Shown here: piece after piece, positions 17,270 to 29,847 of the stretch
How positions within the stretch are numbered: position 1 is the first letter of the stretch
How the letters are laid out: each line of letters opens with the position of its first letter
IMG/VR virus record: IMGVR_UViG_2541047836_000006
Direction: 5' to 3' (one strand)
Length of the DNA stretch: 41,742 bases
DNA from: a virus
Lineage: Duplodnaviria > Heunggongvirae > Uroviricota > Caudoviricetes
Translations under genes and position numbers: made by a program
The notes under the pieces: generated by a model
What the model was told of the DNA's origin: nothing
The model's database searches: none
Seen by the model: the letters and a program-made list of their open reading frames with translations, nothing else

Positions 17270-17766
17270 TGTCGCCATCATTACGCAAGGCTGTAGCAGC
17301 TGCTATTGGTGGTGGGGCTGTTGCCATAGCGTCTGTGCTCATCACTGGTCCGAGTGGTGACGATGGTCTGGAAGGTGTCAGCTACATACCATATAAAGAT
17401 ATTGTTGGTGTATGGACTGTATGTCACGGGCATACAGGAAAAGACATCATGCTCGGTAAAACGTATACCAAAGCAGAATGCAAAGCACTCTTGAATAAAG
17501 ACCTTGCCACTGTCGCCAGACAAATTAACCCGTACATCAAAGTCGATATACCGGAAACAACGCGCGGCGCTCTTTACTCATTCGTTTACAACGTGGGTGC
17601 TGGCAATTTCAGAACATCGACGCTTCTTCGCAAAATAAACCAGGGCGATATCAAAGGCGCATGTGATCAGTTACGTCGCTGGACATATGCTGGCGGTAAG
17701 CAATGGAAAGGTCTCATGACTCGTCGTGAGATTGAGCGTGAAATCTGTTTGTGGGGTCAGCAATGA
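17269..17766 (+). CDS. R: SAR endolysin (R21-type lysozyme with N-terminal signal-anchor-release domain)
   Basis: 165-aa protein with hydrophobic Gly/Ala-rich N-terminus ([20 protein letters not shown]) then lysozyme domain; ATG overlaps S stop. Confidence 0.9.
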   Translation: MSPSLRKAVAAAIGGGAVAIASVLITGPSGDDGLEGVSYIPYKDIVGVWTVCHGHTGKDIMLGKTYTKAECKALLNKDLATVARQINPYIKVDIPETTRGALYSFVYNVGAGNFRTSTLLRKINQGDIKGACDQLRRWTYAGGKQWKGLMTRREIEREICLWGQQ

Positions 17767-18224
17767 ACAGAGTAACCGCGATTATCTCCGCTCTGGTTAT
17801 CTGCATCATCGTCTGCCTGTCATGGGCTGTTAATCATTACCGTGATAACGCCATTACCTACAAAGCCCAGCGCGACAAAAATGCCAGAGAACTGAAGCTG
17901 GCGAACGCGGCAATTACTGACATGCAGATGCGTCAGCGTGATGTTGCTGCGCTCGATGCAAAATACACGAAGGAGTTAGCTGATGCGAAAGCTGAAAATG
18001 ATGCTCTGCGTGATGATGTTGCCGCTGGTCGTCGTCGGTTGCACATCAAAGCAGTCTGTCAGTCAGTGCGTGAAGCCACCACCGCCTCCGGCGTGGATAA
18101 TGCAGCCTCCCCCCGACTGGCAGACACCGCTGAACGGGATTATTTCACCCTCAGAGAGAGGCTGATCACGATGCAAAAACAACTGGAAGGAACCCAGAAG
18201 TATATTAATGAGCAGTGCAGATAG
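17763..18224 (+). CDS. Rz: Rz i-spanin
   Basis: 153-aa product from ATG at 17763; N-terminal TM then coiled-coil; matches lambda Rz. Confidence 0.9.
   Translation: MNRVTAIISALVICIIVCLSWAVNHYRDNAITYKAQRDKNARELKLANAAITDMQMRQRDVAALDAKYTKELADAKAENDALRDDVAAGRRRLHIKAVCQSVREATTASGVDNAASPRLADTAERDYFTLRERLITMQKQLEGTQKYINEQCR
17983..18165 (+). CDS. Rz1: Rz1 o-spanin lipoprotein (embedded in Rz, +1 frame)
   Basis: 60-aa [27 protein letters not shown]… with lipobox VVGC and proline-rich region; entirely inside Rz. Confidence 0.85.
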   Translation: MRKLKMMLCVMMLPLVVVGCTSKQSVSQCVKPPPPPAWIMQPPPDWQTPLNGIISPSERG

Positions 18225-18227
18225 AGC

Positions 18228-18245
18228 TGCCCATATCGATGGGCA
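18228..18245. terminator. Palindromic hairpin between convergent Rz and bor (likely bidirectional terminator)
   Basis: Perfect inverted repeat TGCCCAT-atcg-ATGGGCA, 4 nt after the Rz stop and 10 nt after the bor stop. Confidence 0.55.
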
Positions 18246-18255
18246 ACTCATGCAA

Positions 18256-18549
18256 TTATTGTGAGCAATAGACACGCGCTTCCAGCGGAGTATAAATGCC
18301 TAAAGTAATAAAACCGAGCAATCCATTTACGAATGTTTGCTGGGTTTCTGTTTTAACAACATTTTCTGCGCCGCCACAAATTTTGGCTGCATCAACAGTT
18401 TTCTCCTGTCCAATTCCCGAAACGAAGAAGTGATGGGTGATGGTTTCCTTTGGTGTTACTGCTGTCGGTTTGTTTCCAACAGTAAACGTCTGTTGAGCAC
18501 ATCCTGTAATAAGCATTGCCAGAGCGGCAGAAAACAACATTTTTTTCAT
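18256..18549 (-). CDS. bor: Bor lipoprotein (serum-resistance, Iss-like lysogenic-conversion protein)
   Basis: 97-aa product from ATG at 18547-18549: MKKMLFSAALAMLITGCAQQTFTVGNKPTAVTPKETITHHFFVSGIGQ… matches lambda Bor; lipobox ITGC. Confidence 0.9.
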   Translation of the reverse strand: MKKMLFSAALAMLITGCAQQTFTVGNKPTAVTPKETITHHFFVSGIGQEKTVDAAKICGGAENVVKTETQQTFVNGLLGFITLGIYTPLEARVYCSQ

Positions 18550-18908
18550 CTTATTATCCTGCATTGTTAAAAACGGCAGAATCCTATGTGACAACAATTA
18601 AACGATAGTTAAATGGATTGATGAAAATTAAAACTATATAGGTGGATGCTCAGCCTATTGGAGGAGGGGGGCACTCAGAATCCTGTGGAATGAAATAAAC
18701 CGCTCTTTCTGTCCATTACCCTTTTAGCTGCGCTGTATCGTCGCCGTATTCCCGCATTAACCATGACCGTAGCCCGACGGGGAATTCCTTCTGCGTGAGT
18801 GTGCGGGAATAATCAAAAACGATGCACACCGGGTTTTACTGTGCTGACAGACGCAGGGTTACCCTCATAGTCGCTTTTCCGGTGCGATGGTGGAAGAAAC
18901 CGGGATGT

Positions 18909-19103
18909 TTATTCATCATCACTTTGGATTGATGTACATGCTCTCTTTTCTGACGTTAGTCTCCGACGGCAGGCTTCAATGACCCAGGCTGAGAAATTCC
19001 CAGACCCTTTTTGCTCAAGAGCGATGTTAATTTGTTCAATCATTTGGTTAGGAAAGCGGATGTTGCGGGTTGTTGTTCTGCGGGTTCTGTTCTTAGTTGA
19101 CAT
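18909..19103 (-). CDS. ylcI: YlcI-like small protein (DUF3950-type)
   Basis: 64-aa ORF MSTKNRTRRTTTRNIRFPNQMIEQINIALEQKGSGNFSAWVIEACRRRL… matches remembered DLP12 YlcI; located between bor and cos. Confidence 0.6.
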   Translation of the reverse strand: MSTKNRTRRTTTRNIRFPNQMIEQINIALEQKGSGNFSAWVIEACRRRLTSEKRACTSIQSDDE

Positions 19104-19302
19104 GAGGTTGCCCCGTATTCAGTGTCGCTGATTTGTATTGTCTGAAGTTGTTTTTACGTTAAGTTGATGCAGATCAATTAATACGATACCTGCGTCATAA
19201 TTGATTATTTGACGTGGTTTGATGGCGTAGATGCACGTTGTGACATGTAGATGATAATTATTATCATTTTGTGGGTCCTTTCCGGCGATCCGACAGGTTA
19301 CG

Positions 19303-19314
19303 GGGCGGCGACCT
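19303..19314 (+). other. cos: cosN: 12-nt lambda cohesive-end sequence GGGCGGCGACCT within an intact cos region (about 19230-19490)
   Basis: …CGACAGGTTACG|GGGCGGCGACCTCGCGGGTTTTCGCTATTTATGAAAATTTTCCGG… matches the lambda right-end/left-end junction, with cosB-like sequence before Nu1. Confidence 0.85.
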
Positions 19315-19491
19315 CGCGGGTTTTCGCTATTTATGAAAATTTTCCGGTTTAAGGTGTTTCCGTTCTTCTTCGTCGTAACTTAATGTATTTATTTAAAATA
19401 CCCCCTGAAAAGAAAGGAAACGACAGGTGCTGAAAGCGAGCTTTTTGGCCTCTGTCGTTTCCTTTCTCTGTTTTTGTCCGTGGAATGAGCA

Positions 19492-20011
19492 ATGGAAGTC
19501 AACAAAAAGCAGCTGGCTGACATTTTCGGTGCGAGTATCCGTACCATTCAGAACTGGCAGGAACAGGGAATGCCCGTTCTGCGAGGCGGTGGCAAGGGTA
19601 ATGAGGTGCTTTATGACTCTGCCGCCGTCATAAAATGGTATGCCGAAAGGGATTCTGAAATTGAGAACGAAAAGCTGCGCCGGGAGGTTGAAGAACTGCG
19701 GCAGGCCAGCGAGGCAGATCTCCAGCCAGGAACTATTGAGTACGAACGCCATCGACTTACGCGTGCGCAGGCCGACGCACAGGAACTGAAGAATGCCAGA
19801 GACTCCGCTGAAGTGGTGGAAACCGCATTCTGTACTTTCGTGTTGTCGCGGATCGCAGGTGAAATTGCCAGTATTCTCGACGGGCTCCCCCTGTCGGTGC
19901 AGCGGCGTTTTCCGGAACTGGAAAACCGACATGTTGATTTCCTGAAACGGGATATCATCAAAGCCATGAACAAAGCAGCCGCGCTGGATGAACTGATACC
20001 GGGGTTGCTGA

Positions 20012-20037
<26 letters not shown>
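19492..20037 (+). CDS. nu1: Terminase small subunit Nu1
   Basis: 181-aa protein MEVNKKQLADIFGASIRTIQNWQEQGMPVLRGGGKGNEVLYDSAAVIKWYAERD… matches lambda Nu1. Confidence 0.95.
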
Positions 20038-23718
<3,681 letters not shown>

Positions 23719-23738
<20 letters not shown>

Positions 23739-25038
23739 TCTCCCGCATATTGCCAGTATGGCCTTTAATGAGCCGCTGATGCTTGAACCCGCCTATGCGC
23801 GGGTTTTCTTTTGTGCGCTTGCAGGCCAGCTTGGGATCAGCCGCCTGACGGATGCGGTATCCGGCGACAGCCTGACTGCCGGAGAGGCACCCGCGGCGCT
23901 GGCGTTATCCGTTGATGATGACGGACCACGACAGGCCCGCAGTTATCAGGTCATGAACGGCATCGCCGTGCTGCCGGTGTCCGGCACGCTGGTCAGTCGG
24001 ACGCGAGCGCTGCAGCCGTATTCGGGGATGACCGGTTACAACGGCATTATCGCCCGTCTGCAACAGGCTGCCAGCGACCCGATGGTGGACGGCATTCTGC
24101 TCGATATGGATACGCCAGGCGGGATGGTGGCAGGGGCATTTGACTGCGCTGACATCATCGCCCGTGTGCGTGACATAAAGCCGGTATGGGCGCTGGCCAA
24201 CGACATGAACTGCAGTGCAGGTCAGTTGCTTGCCAGTGCCGCCTCCCGGCGTCTGGTCACGCAGACCGCCCGGACAGGCTCCATCGGCGTCATGATGGCT
24301 CACAGTAATTACGGTGCTGCGCTGGAGAAACAGGGTGTGGAAATCACGCTGATTTACAGCGGCAGCCATAAGGTGGATGGCAACCCCTACAGCCATCTTC
24401 CGGATGACGTCCGGGAGACACTGCAGTCCCGGATGGACGCAACCCGCCGGATGTTTGCACAGAAGGTGTCGGCATATACCGGCCTGTCCGTGCAGGCTGT
24501 GCTGGATACCGAGGCTGCAGTGTACAGCGGTCAGGAGGCCATTGATGCCGGACTGGCTGATGAACTTGTTAACAGTACCGATGCGATCACCGTCATGCGT
24601 GATGCACTGGATGCACGTAAATCCCGTCTCTCAGGAGGGCGAATGACCAAAGAGACTCAATCAACAACTGTTTCAGCCACTGCTTCGCAGGCTGACGTTA
24701 CTGAGGTGGTGCAAGCGACGGAGGGCGAGAACGCCAGCGCGGCGCAGCCGGACGTGAACGCGCAGATCACCGCAGCGGTTGCGGCAGAAAACAGTCGCAT
24801 TATGGGGATCCTCAACTGTGAGGAGGCTCACGGACGCGAAGAACAGGCACGCGTGCTGGCCGAAACCCCCGGTATGACCGTGGAAACGGCCCGCCGCATT
24901 CTGGCAGCTGCACCACAGAGTGCACAGGCGCGCAGTGACACTGCGCTGGATCGTCTGATGCAGGGGGCACCGGCACCGCTGGCTGCAGGTAACCCGGCAT
25001 CTGATGCCGTTAACGATTTGCTGAACACACCAGTGTAA
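23719..25038 (+). CDS. C: Head maturation protease / minor capsid protein C (S49 ClpP-like)
   Basis: 439-aa product from GTG at 23719 (SD GAGGAGGAG): (M)TAELRNLPHIASMAFNEPLMLEPAYARVFF… matches lambda gpC; start overlaps B. Confidence 0.95.
24433..25038 (+). CDS. nu3: Scaffolding protein Nu3 (in-frame internal start within C)
   Basis: ATG at 24433-24435 in the C frame gives MDATRRMFAQKVSAYTGLSVQ… (201 aa), matching lambda Nu3 sharing the C 3' end. Confidence 0.8.
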   Translation: MDATRRMFAQKVSAYTGLSVQAVLDTEAAVYSGQEAIDAGLADELVNSTDAITVMRDALDARKSRLSGGRMTKETQSTTVSATASQADVTEVVQATEGENASAAQPDVNAQITAAVAAENSRIMGILNCEEAHGREEQARVLAETPGMTVETARRILAAAPQSAQARSDTALDRLMQGAPAPLAAGNPASDAVNDLLNTPV

Positions 25039-25047
25039 GGGATGTTT

Positions 25048-25380
25048 ATGACGAGCAAAGAAACCTTTACCCATTACCAGCCGCTGGGCAACAGTGACCC
25101 GGCACATACGGCAACCGCGCCCGGCGGATTGAGTGCGAAAGCGCCTGCAATGACCCCGCTGATGCTGGACACCTCCACCCGTAAGCTGGTTGTGTGGGAT
25201 GGCACCACCGACGGTGCTGCCGTTGGCATTCTGGCGGTTGCTGCTGACCAGACCAGCACCACGCTGACGTTCTACAAGTCCGGCACGTTCCGTTATGAGG
25301 ATGTGCTCTGGCCGGAGGCTGCCAGCGACGAGACGAAAAAACGGACCGCGTTTGCCGGAACGGCAATCAGCATCGTTTAA
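25048..25380 (+). CDS. D: Head decoration protein D
   Basis: 110-aa product [52 protein letters not shown]… matches lambda gpD. Confidence 0.95.
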   Translation: MTSKETFTHYQPLGNSDPAHTATAPGGLSAKAPAMTPLMLDTSTRKLVVWDGTTDGAAVGILAVAADQTSTTLTFYKSGTFRYEDVLWPEAASDETKKRTAFAGTAISIV

Positions 25381-25399
25381 CCTTACCCTTCATCACTAA

Positions 25400-25423
25400 A
25401 GGCCGCCTGTGCGGCTTTTTTTA
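25400..25423 (+). terminator. Hairpin plus T-run between D and E (terminator/attenuator-like)
   Basis: GCCGC-ctgt-GCGGC followed by TTTTTTT (25416-25422), 20 nt after the D stop. Confidence 0.5.
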
Positions 25424-25435
25424 CGGGATTTTTTT

Positions 25436-26461
25436 ATGTCGATGTACACAACCGCCCAGCTGCTGGCGGCAAATGAGAAGAAATTTAAGTTTGATCCGCT
25501 GTTTCTGCGTCTCTTTTTCCGTGAGAGCTATCCCTTCACCACGGAGAAAGTCTATCTCTCACAAATTCCGGGACTGGTAAACATGGCGCTGTACGTTTCG
25601 CCGATTGTTTCCGGTGAGGTTATCCGCTCCCGTGGCGGCTCCACCTCTGAATTTACACCGGGATATGTCAAGCCGAAGCATGAGGTGAATCCGCAGATGA
25701 CCCTGCGTCGCCTGCCGGATGAAGATCCACAGAATCTGGCGGACCCGGCTTACCGCCGCCGTCGCATCATTCTGCAGAACATGCGAGACGAAGAGCTGGC
25801 CATTGCTCAGGTCGAAGAGATGCAGGCCGTTTCTGCCGTGCTTAAGGGCAAATATACCATGACCGGTGAAGCCTTCGATCCGGTTGAAGTGGATATGGGC
25901 CGCAGTGTGGCGAACAACATCACGCAGTCCGGCGGTACGGAGTGGAGCAAGCGTGACAAGTCCACGTATGACCCGACCGACGATATCGAAGCCTACGCGC
26001 TGAACGCCAGCGGTGTGGTGAATATCATCGTGTTTGATCCGAAAGGCTGGGCGCTGTTCCGTTCCTTCAAAGCCGTCAAGGAGAAGCTGGATACCCGTCG
26101 CGGCTCTCATTCCGAGCTGGAGACAGCGGTAAAAGATCTGGGCGAAGCGGTGTCCTATAAGGGGATGTATGGCGATACGGCGATCGTCGTGTATTCCGGA
26201 CAGTACGTGGAAAACGACGTCAAAAAGAACTTCCTGCCGGACAACACGATGGTGCTGGGGAACACTCAGGCACGCGGTCTGCGCACCTATGGCTGCATTC
26301 AGGATGCGGACGCACAGCGCGAAGGTATTAACGCCTCTGCCCGCTACCCGAAAAACTGGGTGACCACCGGCGATCCGGCGCGTGAGTTCACCATGATTCA
26401 GTCAGCACCGCTGATGCTGCTGGCTGACCCTGATGCGTTCGTGTCCGTACAACTGGCGTAA
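25436..26461 (+). CDS. E: Major capsid protein E
   Basis: 341-aa product MSMYTTAQLLAANEKKFKFDPLFLRLFFRESYPFTTEKVYLSQIPGLVNMALYVSPIVSGE… matches lambda gpE. Confidence 0.97.
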   Translation: MSMYTTAQLLAANEKKFKFDPLFLRLFFRESYPFTTEKVYLSQIPGLVNMALYVSPIVSGEVIRSRGGSTSEFTPGYVKPKHEVNPQMTLRRLPDEDPQNLADPAYRRRRIILQNMRDEELAIAQVEEMQAVSAVLKGKYTMTGEAFDPVEVDMGRSVANNITQSGGTEWSKRDKSTYDPTDDIEAYALNASGVVNIIVFDPKGWALFRSFKAVKEKLDTRRGSHSELETAVKDLGEAVSYKGMYGDTAIVVYSGQYVENDVKKNFLPDNTMVLGNTQARGLRTYGCIQDADAQREGINASARYPKNWVTTGDPAREFTMIQSAPLMLLADPDAFVSVQLA

Positions 26462-26502
26462 TCATGGCCCTTCGGGGCCATTTTCTCTCTGTGGAGGAGT
26501 CC

Positions 26503-26898
26503 ATGACGAAAGATGAACTGATTGCCCGTCTTCAGGTGCTGGGTGAGCAACTGAACCGTGATGTCAGCCTGACGGGGACGAAAGAAGAACTGGCACTCCG
26601 TGTGGCAGAGCTGGAAGAGGAGCTTGATGACACGGATGACGCTGCTGGTCAGGACACATCTGTCAGCCCGGAAAATGCGCTGACCGGACATGAAAATGAG
26701 GTGGTATCAGCGCAGCCGGATACCGTGACTGATACGGCTGATCTGGTCACGGTTGTGGCACTGGTGACGCTGCATACTGATGCACTTCACGCCACGCGGG
26801 ATGAGGCTGTGGCATTTGTGCTGCCGGGAACGGCGTTCCGTGTCTCTGCCGGTGTGGCAGCTGAAATGACAGAGCGCGGCCTGGCCAGAATGCAATAA
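26503..26898 (+). CDS. FI: DNA-packaging protein FI
   Basis: Product from ATG at 26503 (MTKDELIARLQVLGEQLNRDVSLTGTKEELALRVAELEEELDD…) matches lambda gpFI; preceded by hairpin ATGGCCC-ttcg-GGGCCAT (26464-26481). Confidence 0.9.
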   Translation: MTKDELIARLQVLGEQLNRDVSLTGTKEELALRVAELEEELDDTDDAAGQDTSVSPENALTGHENEVVSAQPDTVTDTADLVTVVALVTLHTDALHATRDEAVAFVLPGTAFRVSAGVAAEMTERGLARMQ

Positions 26899-26909
26899 CG
26901 GGAGGCGCT

Positions 26910-27263
26910 GTGGCTGATTTCGATAACCTGTTCGATGCTGCCATTGCCCGCGCCGATGAAACGATACGCGGGTACATGGGAACGTCAGCCACCATGACAT
27001 CCGGTGAGCAGTCCGGTGCTGTGATACGTGGTGTTTTTGATGATCCTGAAAATATCAGCTATGCCGGACAGGGCGTGCGCGTTGAAGGCTCCAGCCCGTT
27101 CCTGTTTGTCCGGACTGATGATGTGCGGCAGCTGCGGCGCGGCGACACGCTGACCATCGGTGAGGAAAACTTCTGGATAGACCGGATTTCGCCGGATGAT
27201 GGCGGAAGCTGTCATCTCTGGCTTGGGCGGGGCGTACCGCCTGCCGTTAACCGTCGCCGCTGA
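26910..27263 (+). CDS. FII: Head completion protein FII
   Basis: 117-aa protein (GTG start) MADFDNLFDAAIARADETIRGYMGTSATMTSGEQSGAVIRGVFDDPENIS… matches lambda gpFII. Confidence 0.9.
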   Translation: MADFDNLFDAAIARADETIRGYMGTSATMTSGEQSGAVIRGVFDDPENISYAGQGVRVEGSSPFLFVRTDDVRQLRRGDTLTIGEENFWIDRISPDDGGSCHLWLGRGVPPAVNRRR

Positions 27264-27274
27264 AAGGGGGATGT

Positions 27275-27853
27275 ATGGCCATAAAAGGTCTTGAGCAGGC
27301 CGTTGAAAACCTCAGCCGTATCAGCAGAACGGCGGTGCCCGGTGCCGCCGCAATGGCCATTAACCGCGTTGCTTCATCCGCGATATCGCAGTCGGCGTCA
27401 CAGGTTGCCCGTGAGACAAAGGTACGCCGGAAACTGGTAAAGGAAAGGGCCAGGCTGAAAAGGGCCACGGTCAAAAATCCGCAGGCCAGAATCAGGGTTA
27501 ACCGGGGGGATTTGCCCGTAATAAAGCTGGGTAACGCGCGGATTGTCCTGTCCCGACGCAGGCGTCGTAAAAAGGGGCAGCGTTCAGCCCTGAAAGGTGG
27601 CGGCAGCGTGCTTGTGGTGGGAAACCGTCGTATTCCCGGCGCGTTTATTCAGCAACTGAAAAATGGCCGCTGGCATGTTATGCAGCGTGTGGCCGGGAAA
27701 AATCGTTACCCCATTGATGTGGTGAAAATTCCGATGGCGGTGCCGCTGACCACGGCGTTTAAACAGAATATTGAGCGGATACGGCGTGAGCGTCTTCCGA
27801 AAGAGCTGGGCTATGCGCTGCAGCATCAACTGAGGATGGTAATAAAGCGATGA
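27275..27853 (+). CDS. Z: Tail completion protein Z
   Basis: 192-aa protein MAIKGLEQAVENLSRISRTAVPGAAAMAINRVASSAISQ… matches lambda gpZ. Confidence 0.9.
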   Translation: MAIKGLEQAVENLSRISRTAVPGAAAMAINRVASSAISQSASQVARETKVRRKLVKERARLKRATVKNPQARIRVNRGDLPVIKLGNARIVLSRRRRRKKGQRSALKGGGSVLVVGNRRIPGAFIQQLKNGRWHVMQRVAGKNRYPIDVVKIPMAVPLTTAFKQNIERIRRERLPKELGYALQHQLRMVIKR

Positions 27854-28245
27854 AACATACTGAACTCCGTGCAGCCGTACTGGATGCACTGGAGAAGCAT
27901 GACACCGGGGCGACGTTTTTTGATGGTCGCCCCGCTGTTTTTGATGAGGCGGATTTTCCGGCAGTTGCCGTTTATCTCACCGGCGCTGAATACACGGGCG
28001 AAGAGCTGGACAGCGATACCTGGCAGGCGGAGCTGCATATTGAAGTTTTCCTGCCTGCTCAGGTGCCGGATTCAGAGCTGGATTCGTGGATGGAGTCCCG
28101 GATTTATCCGGTGATGAGCGATATCCCGGCACTGTCAGATTTGATCACCAGTATGGTGGCCAGTGGCTATGACTACCGGCGCGACGATGATGCGGGCCTG
28201 TGGAGTTCAGCCGATCTGACTTATGTCATTACCTATGAAATGTGA
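27850..28245 (+). CDS. U: Tail terminator protein U
   Basis: 131-aa protein [48 protein letters not shown]… matches lambda gpU. Confidence 0.9.
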   Translation: MKHTELRAAVLDALEKHDTGATFFDGRPAVFDEADFPAVAVYLTGAEYTGEELDSDTWQAELHIEVFLPAQVPDSELDSWMESRIYPVMSDIPALSDLITSMVASGYDYRRDDDAGLWSSADLTYVITYEM

Positions 28246-28252
28246 GGACGAT

Positions 28253-28993
28253 ATGCCAACACCAAATCCTCTGGCACCGGTGAAAGGGGCCGGGACCACA
28301 CTGTGGGTTTATAAGGGGAACGGTGACCCTTATGCGAACCCGCTTTCAGACGTTGACTGGTCGCGTCTGGCTAAAGTTAAAGACCTGACGCCCGGCGAAC
28401 TGACCGCTGAGTCCTATGACGACAGTTATCTCGATGATGAAGATGCGGACTGGACCGCGACCGGACAGGGGCAGAAATCTGCCGGAGATACCAGCTTCAC
28501 GCTGGCGTGGATGCCCGGAGAGCAGGGGCAGCAGGCGCTGCTGGCGTGGTTTAATGAAGGGGATACCCGAGCCTATAAAATCCGCTTCCCGAACGGCACG
28601 GTCGATGTGTTCCGCGGCTGGGTCAGCAGTATCGGTAAGGCGGTGACGGCGAAGGAAGTGATCACCCGCACGGTGAAGGTCACCAATGTGGGCCGTCCGT
28701 CGATGGCAGAAGATCGCAGCACGGTGACGGCGACAACCGGCATGACGGTGACACCCGCCAGTGCTTCCGTAGTGAAAGGGCAGAGCACCACGCTGACCGT
28801 GGCATTCCAGCCGGAGGGCGCAACCGACAAGAGCTTCCGTGCGGTGTCTGCGGATAAAACAAAAGCCACCGTGTCGGTCAGTGGTATGACCATCACCGTG
28901 AAAGGTGTTGCTGCAGGCAAGGTCAACATTCCGGTCGTATCCGGTAATGGTGAGTTTGCTGCGGTTGCAGAAATCAACGTCACCGCCAGTTAA
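28253..28993 (+). CDS. V: Major tail tube protein V (with C-terminal Ig-like domain)
   Basis: 246-aa product from ATG at 28253 (SD GAGGACG): [39 protein letters not shown]… matches lambda gpV. Confidence 0.95.
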   Translation: MPTPNPLAPVKGAGTTLWVYKGNGDPYANPLSDVDWSRLAKVKDLTPGELTAESYDDSYLDDEDADWTATGQGQKSAGDTSFTLAWMPGEQGQQALLAWFNEGDTRAYKIRFPNGTVDVFRGWVSSIGKAVTAKEVITRTVKVTNVGRPSMAEDRSTVTATTGMTVTPASASVVKGQSTTLTVAFQPEGATDKSFRAVSADKTKATVSVSGMTITVKGVAAGKVNIPVVSGNGEFAAVAEINVTAS

Positions 28994-29008
28994 TCCGGAG
29001 AGTCAGCG

Positions 29009-29431
29009 ATGTTCCTGAAAACCGAATCATTTGAACATAACGGTGTGACCGTCACGCTTTCTGAACTGTCAGCCCTGCAGCGTATTGAGCATCTCGCCCT
29101 GATGAAACGGCAGGCAGAACAGGCGGAGTCAGACAGCAACCGGAAGTTTACTGTGGAAGACGCCATCAGAACCGGCGCGTTTCTGGTGGCGATGTCCCTG
29201 TGGCATAACCATCCGAAGAAGACAAAGCTGCCTTCCATGAATGAAGCCGTTAAACAGATTGAGCAGGAAGTGCTTACCACCTGGCCCACAGAGGCAATTT
29301 CTCATGCTGAAAACGTGGTGTACCGGCTGTCCGGTATGTATGAGTTTGTGGTGAATGATGCCCCTGAACAGGCAGAGGACGCCGGGTCTGCAGAGCCTGT
29401 TTCTGCGGGAAAGTGTTCGACGGTGAGCTGA
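29009..29431 (+). CDS. G: Tail assembly chaperone G
   Basis: 140-aa protein MFLKTESFEHNGVTVTLSELSALQRIEHLALMKRQAEQAESD… matches lambda gpG; ends just after slippery heptamer. Confidence 0.9.
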   Translation: MFLKTESFEHNGVTVTLSELSALQRIEHLALMKRQAEQAESDSNRKFTVEDAIRTGAFLVAMSLWHNHPKKTKLPSMNEAVKQIEQEVLTTWPTEAISHAENVVYRLSGMYEFVVNDAPEQAEDAGSAEPVSAGKCSTVS

Positions 29432-29847
29432 GTTTTGCCCTGAAACTGGCGCGTGAGATGGGGCGACCTGACTGGCGCGCCATGCTTGCCGGGATGTCAT
29501 CCACAGAGTATGCCGACTGGCACCGCTTTTACAGTACCCATTATTTTCATGATGTTCTGCTGGATATGCACTTTTCCGGGCTGACGTACACCGTGCTCAG
29601 CCTGTTTTTCAGCGATCCGGATATGCATCCGCTGGATTTCAGTCTGCTGAACCGGCGTGAGGCTGACGAAGAGCCTGAAGATGATGTGCTGATGCAGAAA
29701 GCGGCAGGGCTTGCCGGAGGCGTCCGCTTTGCCCCGGACGGAAATGAAGTTATCCCCGCTTCCCCGGATATGGCGGGCATGACGGAGGATGACGTAATGC
29801 TGATGACAGTATCAGAAGGGATCGCAGGAGGAGTCCGGTATGGCTGA
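29009..29847 (+). CDS. T: G-T tail assembly chaperone fusion made by programmed -1 ribosomal frameshift
   Basis: Slippery heptamer G GGA AAG at 29407-29413 in the G zero frame; the -1 frame continues as the T ORF (track ORF 29413..29847, …FALKLAREMGRPDWRAMLAGMSSTEYADWHRFY…), as in lambda. Confidence 0.8.

Noticed and set aside
18550-18908. Possible small genes between bor and ylcI (lambda p78/p79 region)
   Set aside because: Only short, poorly supported frames without clear SDs; left unannotated.
19393-19932. 179-aa minus-strand ORF spanning cos and Nu1
   Set aside because: Overlaps the cos site and is antisense to Nu1; no support.
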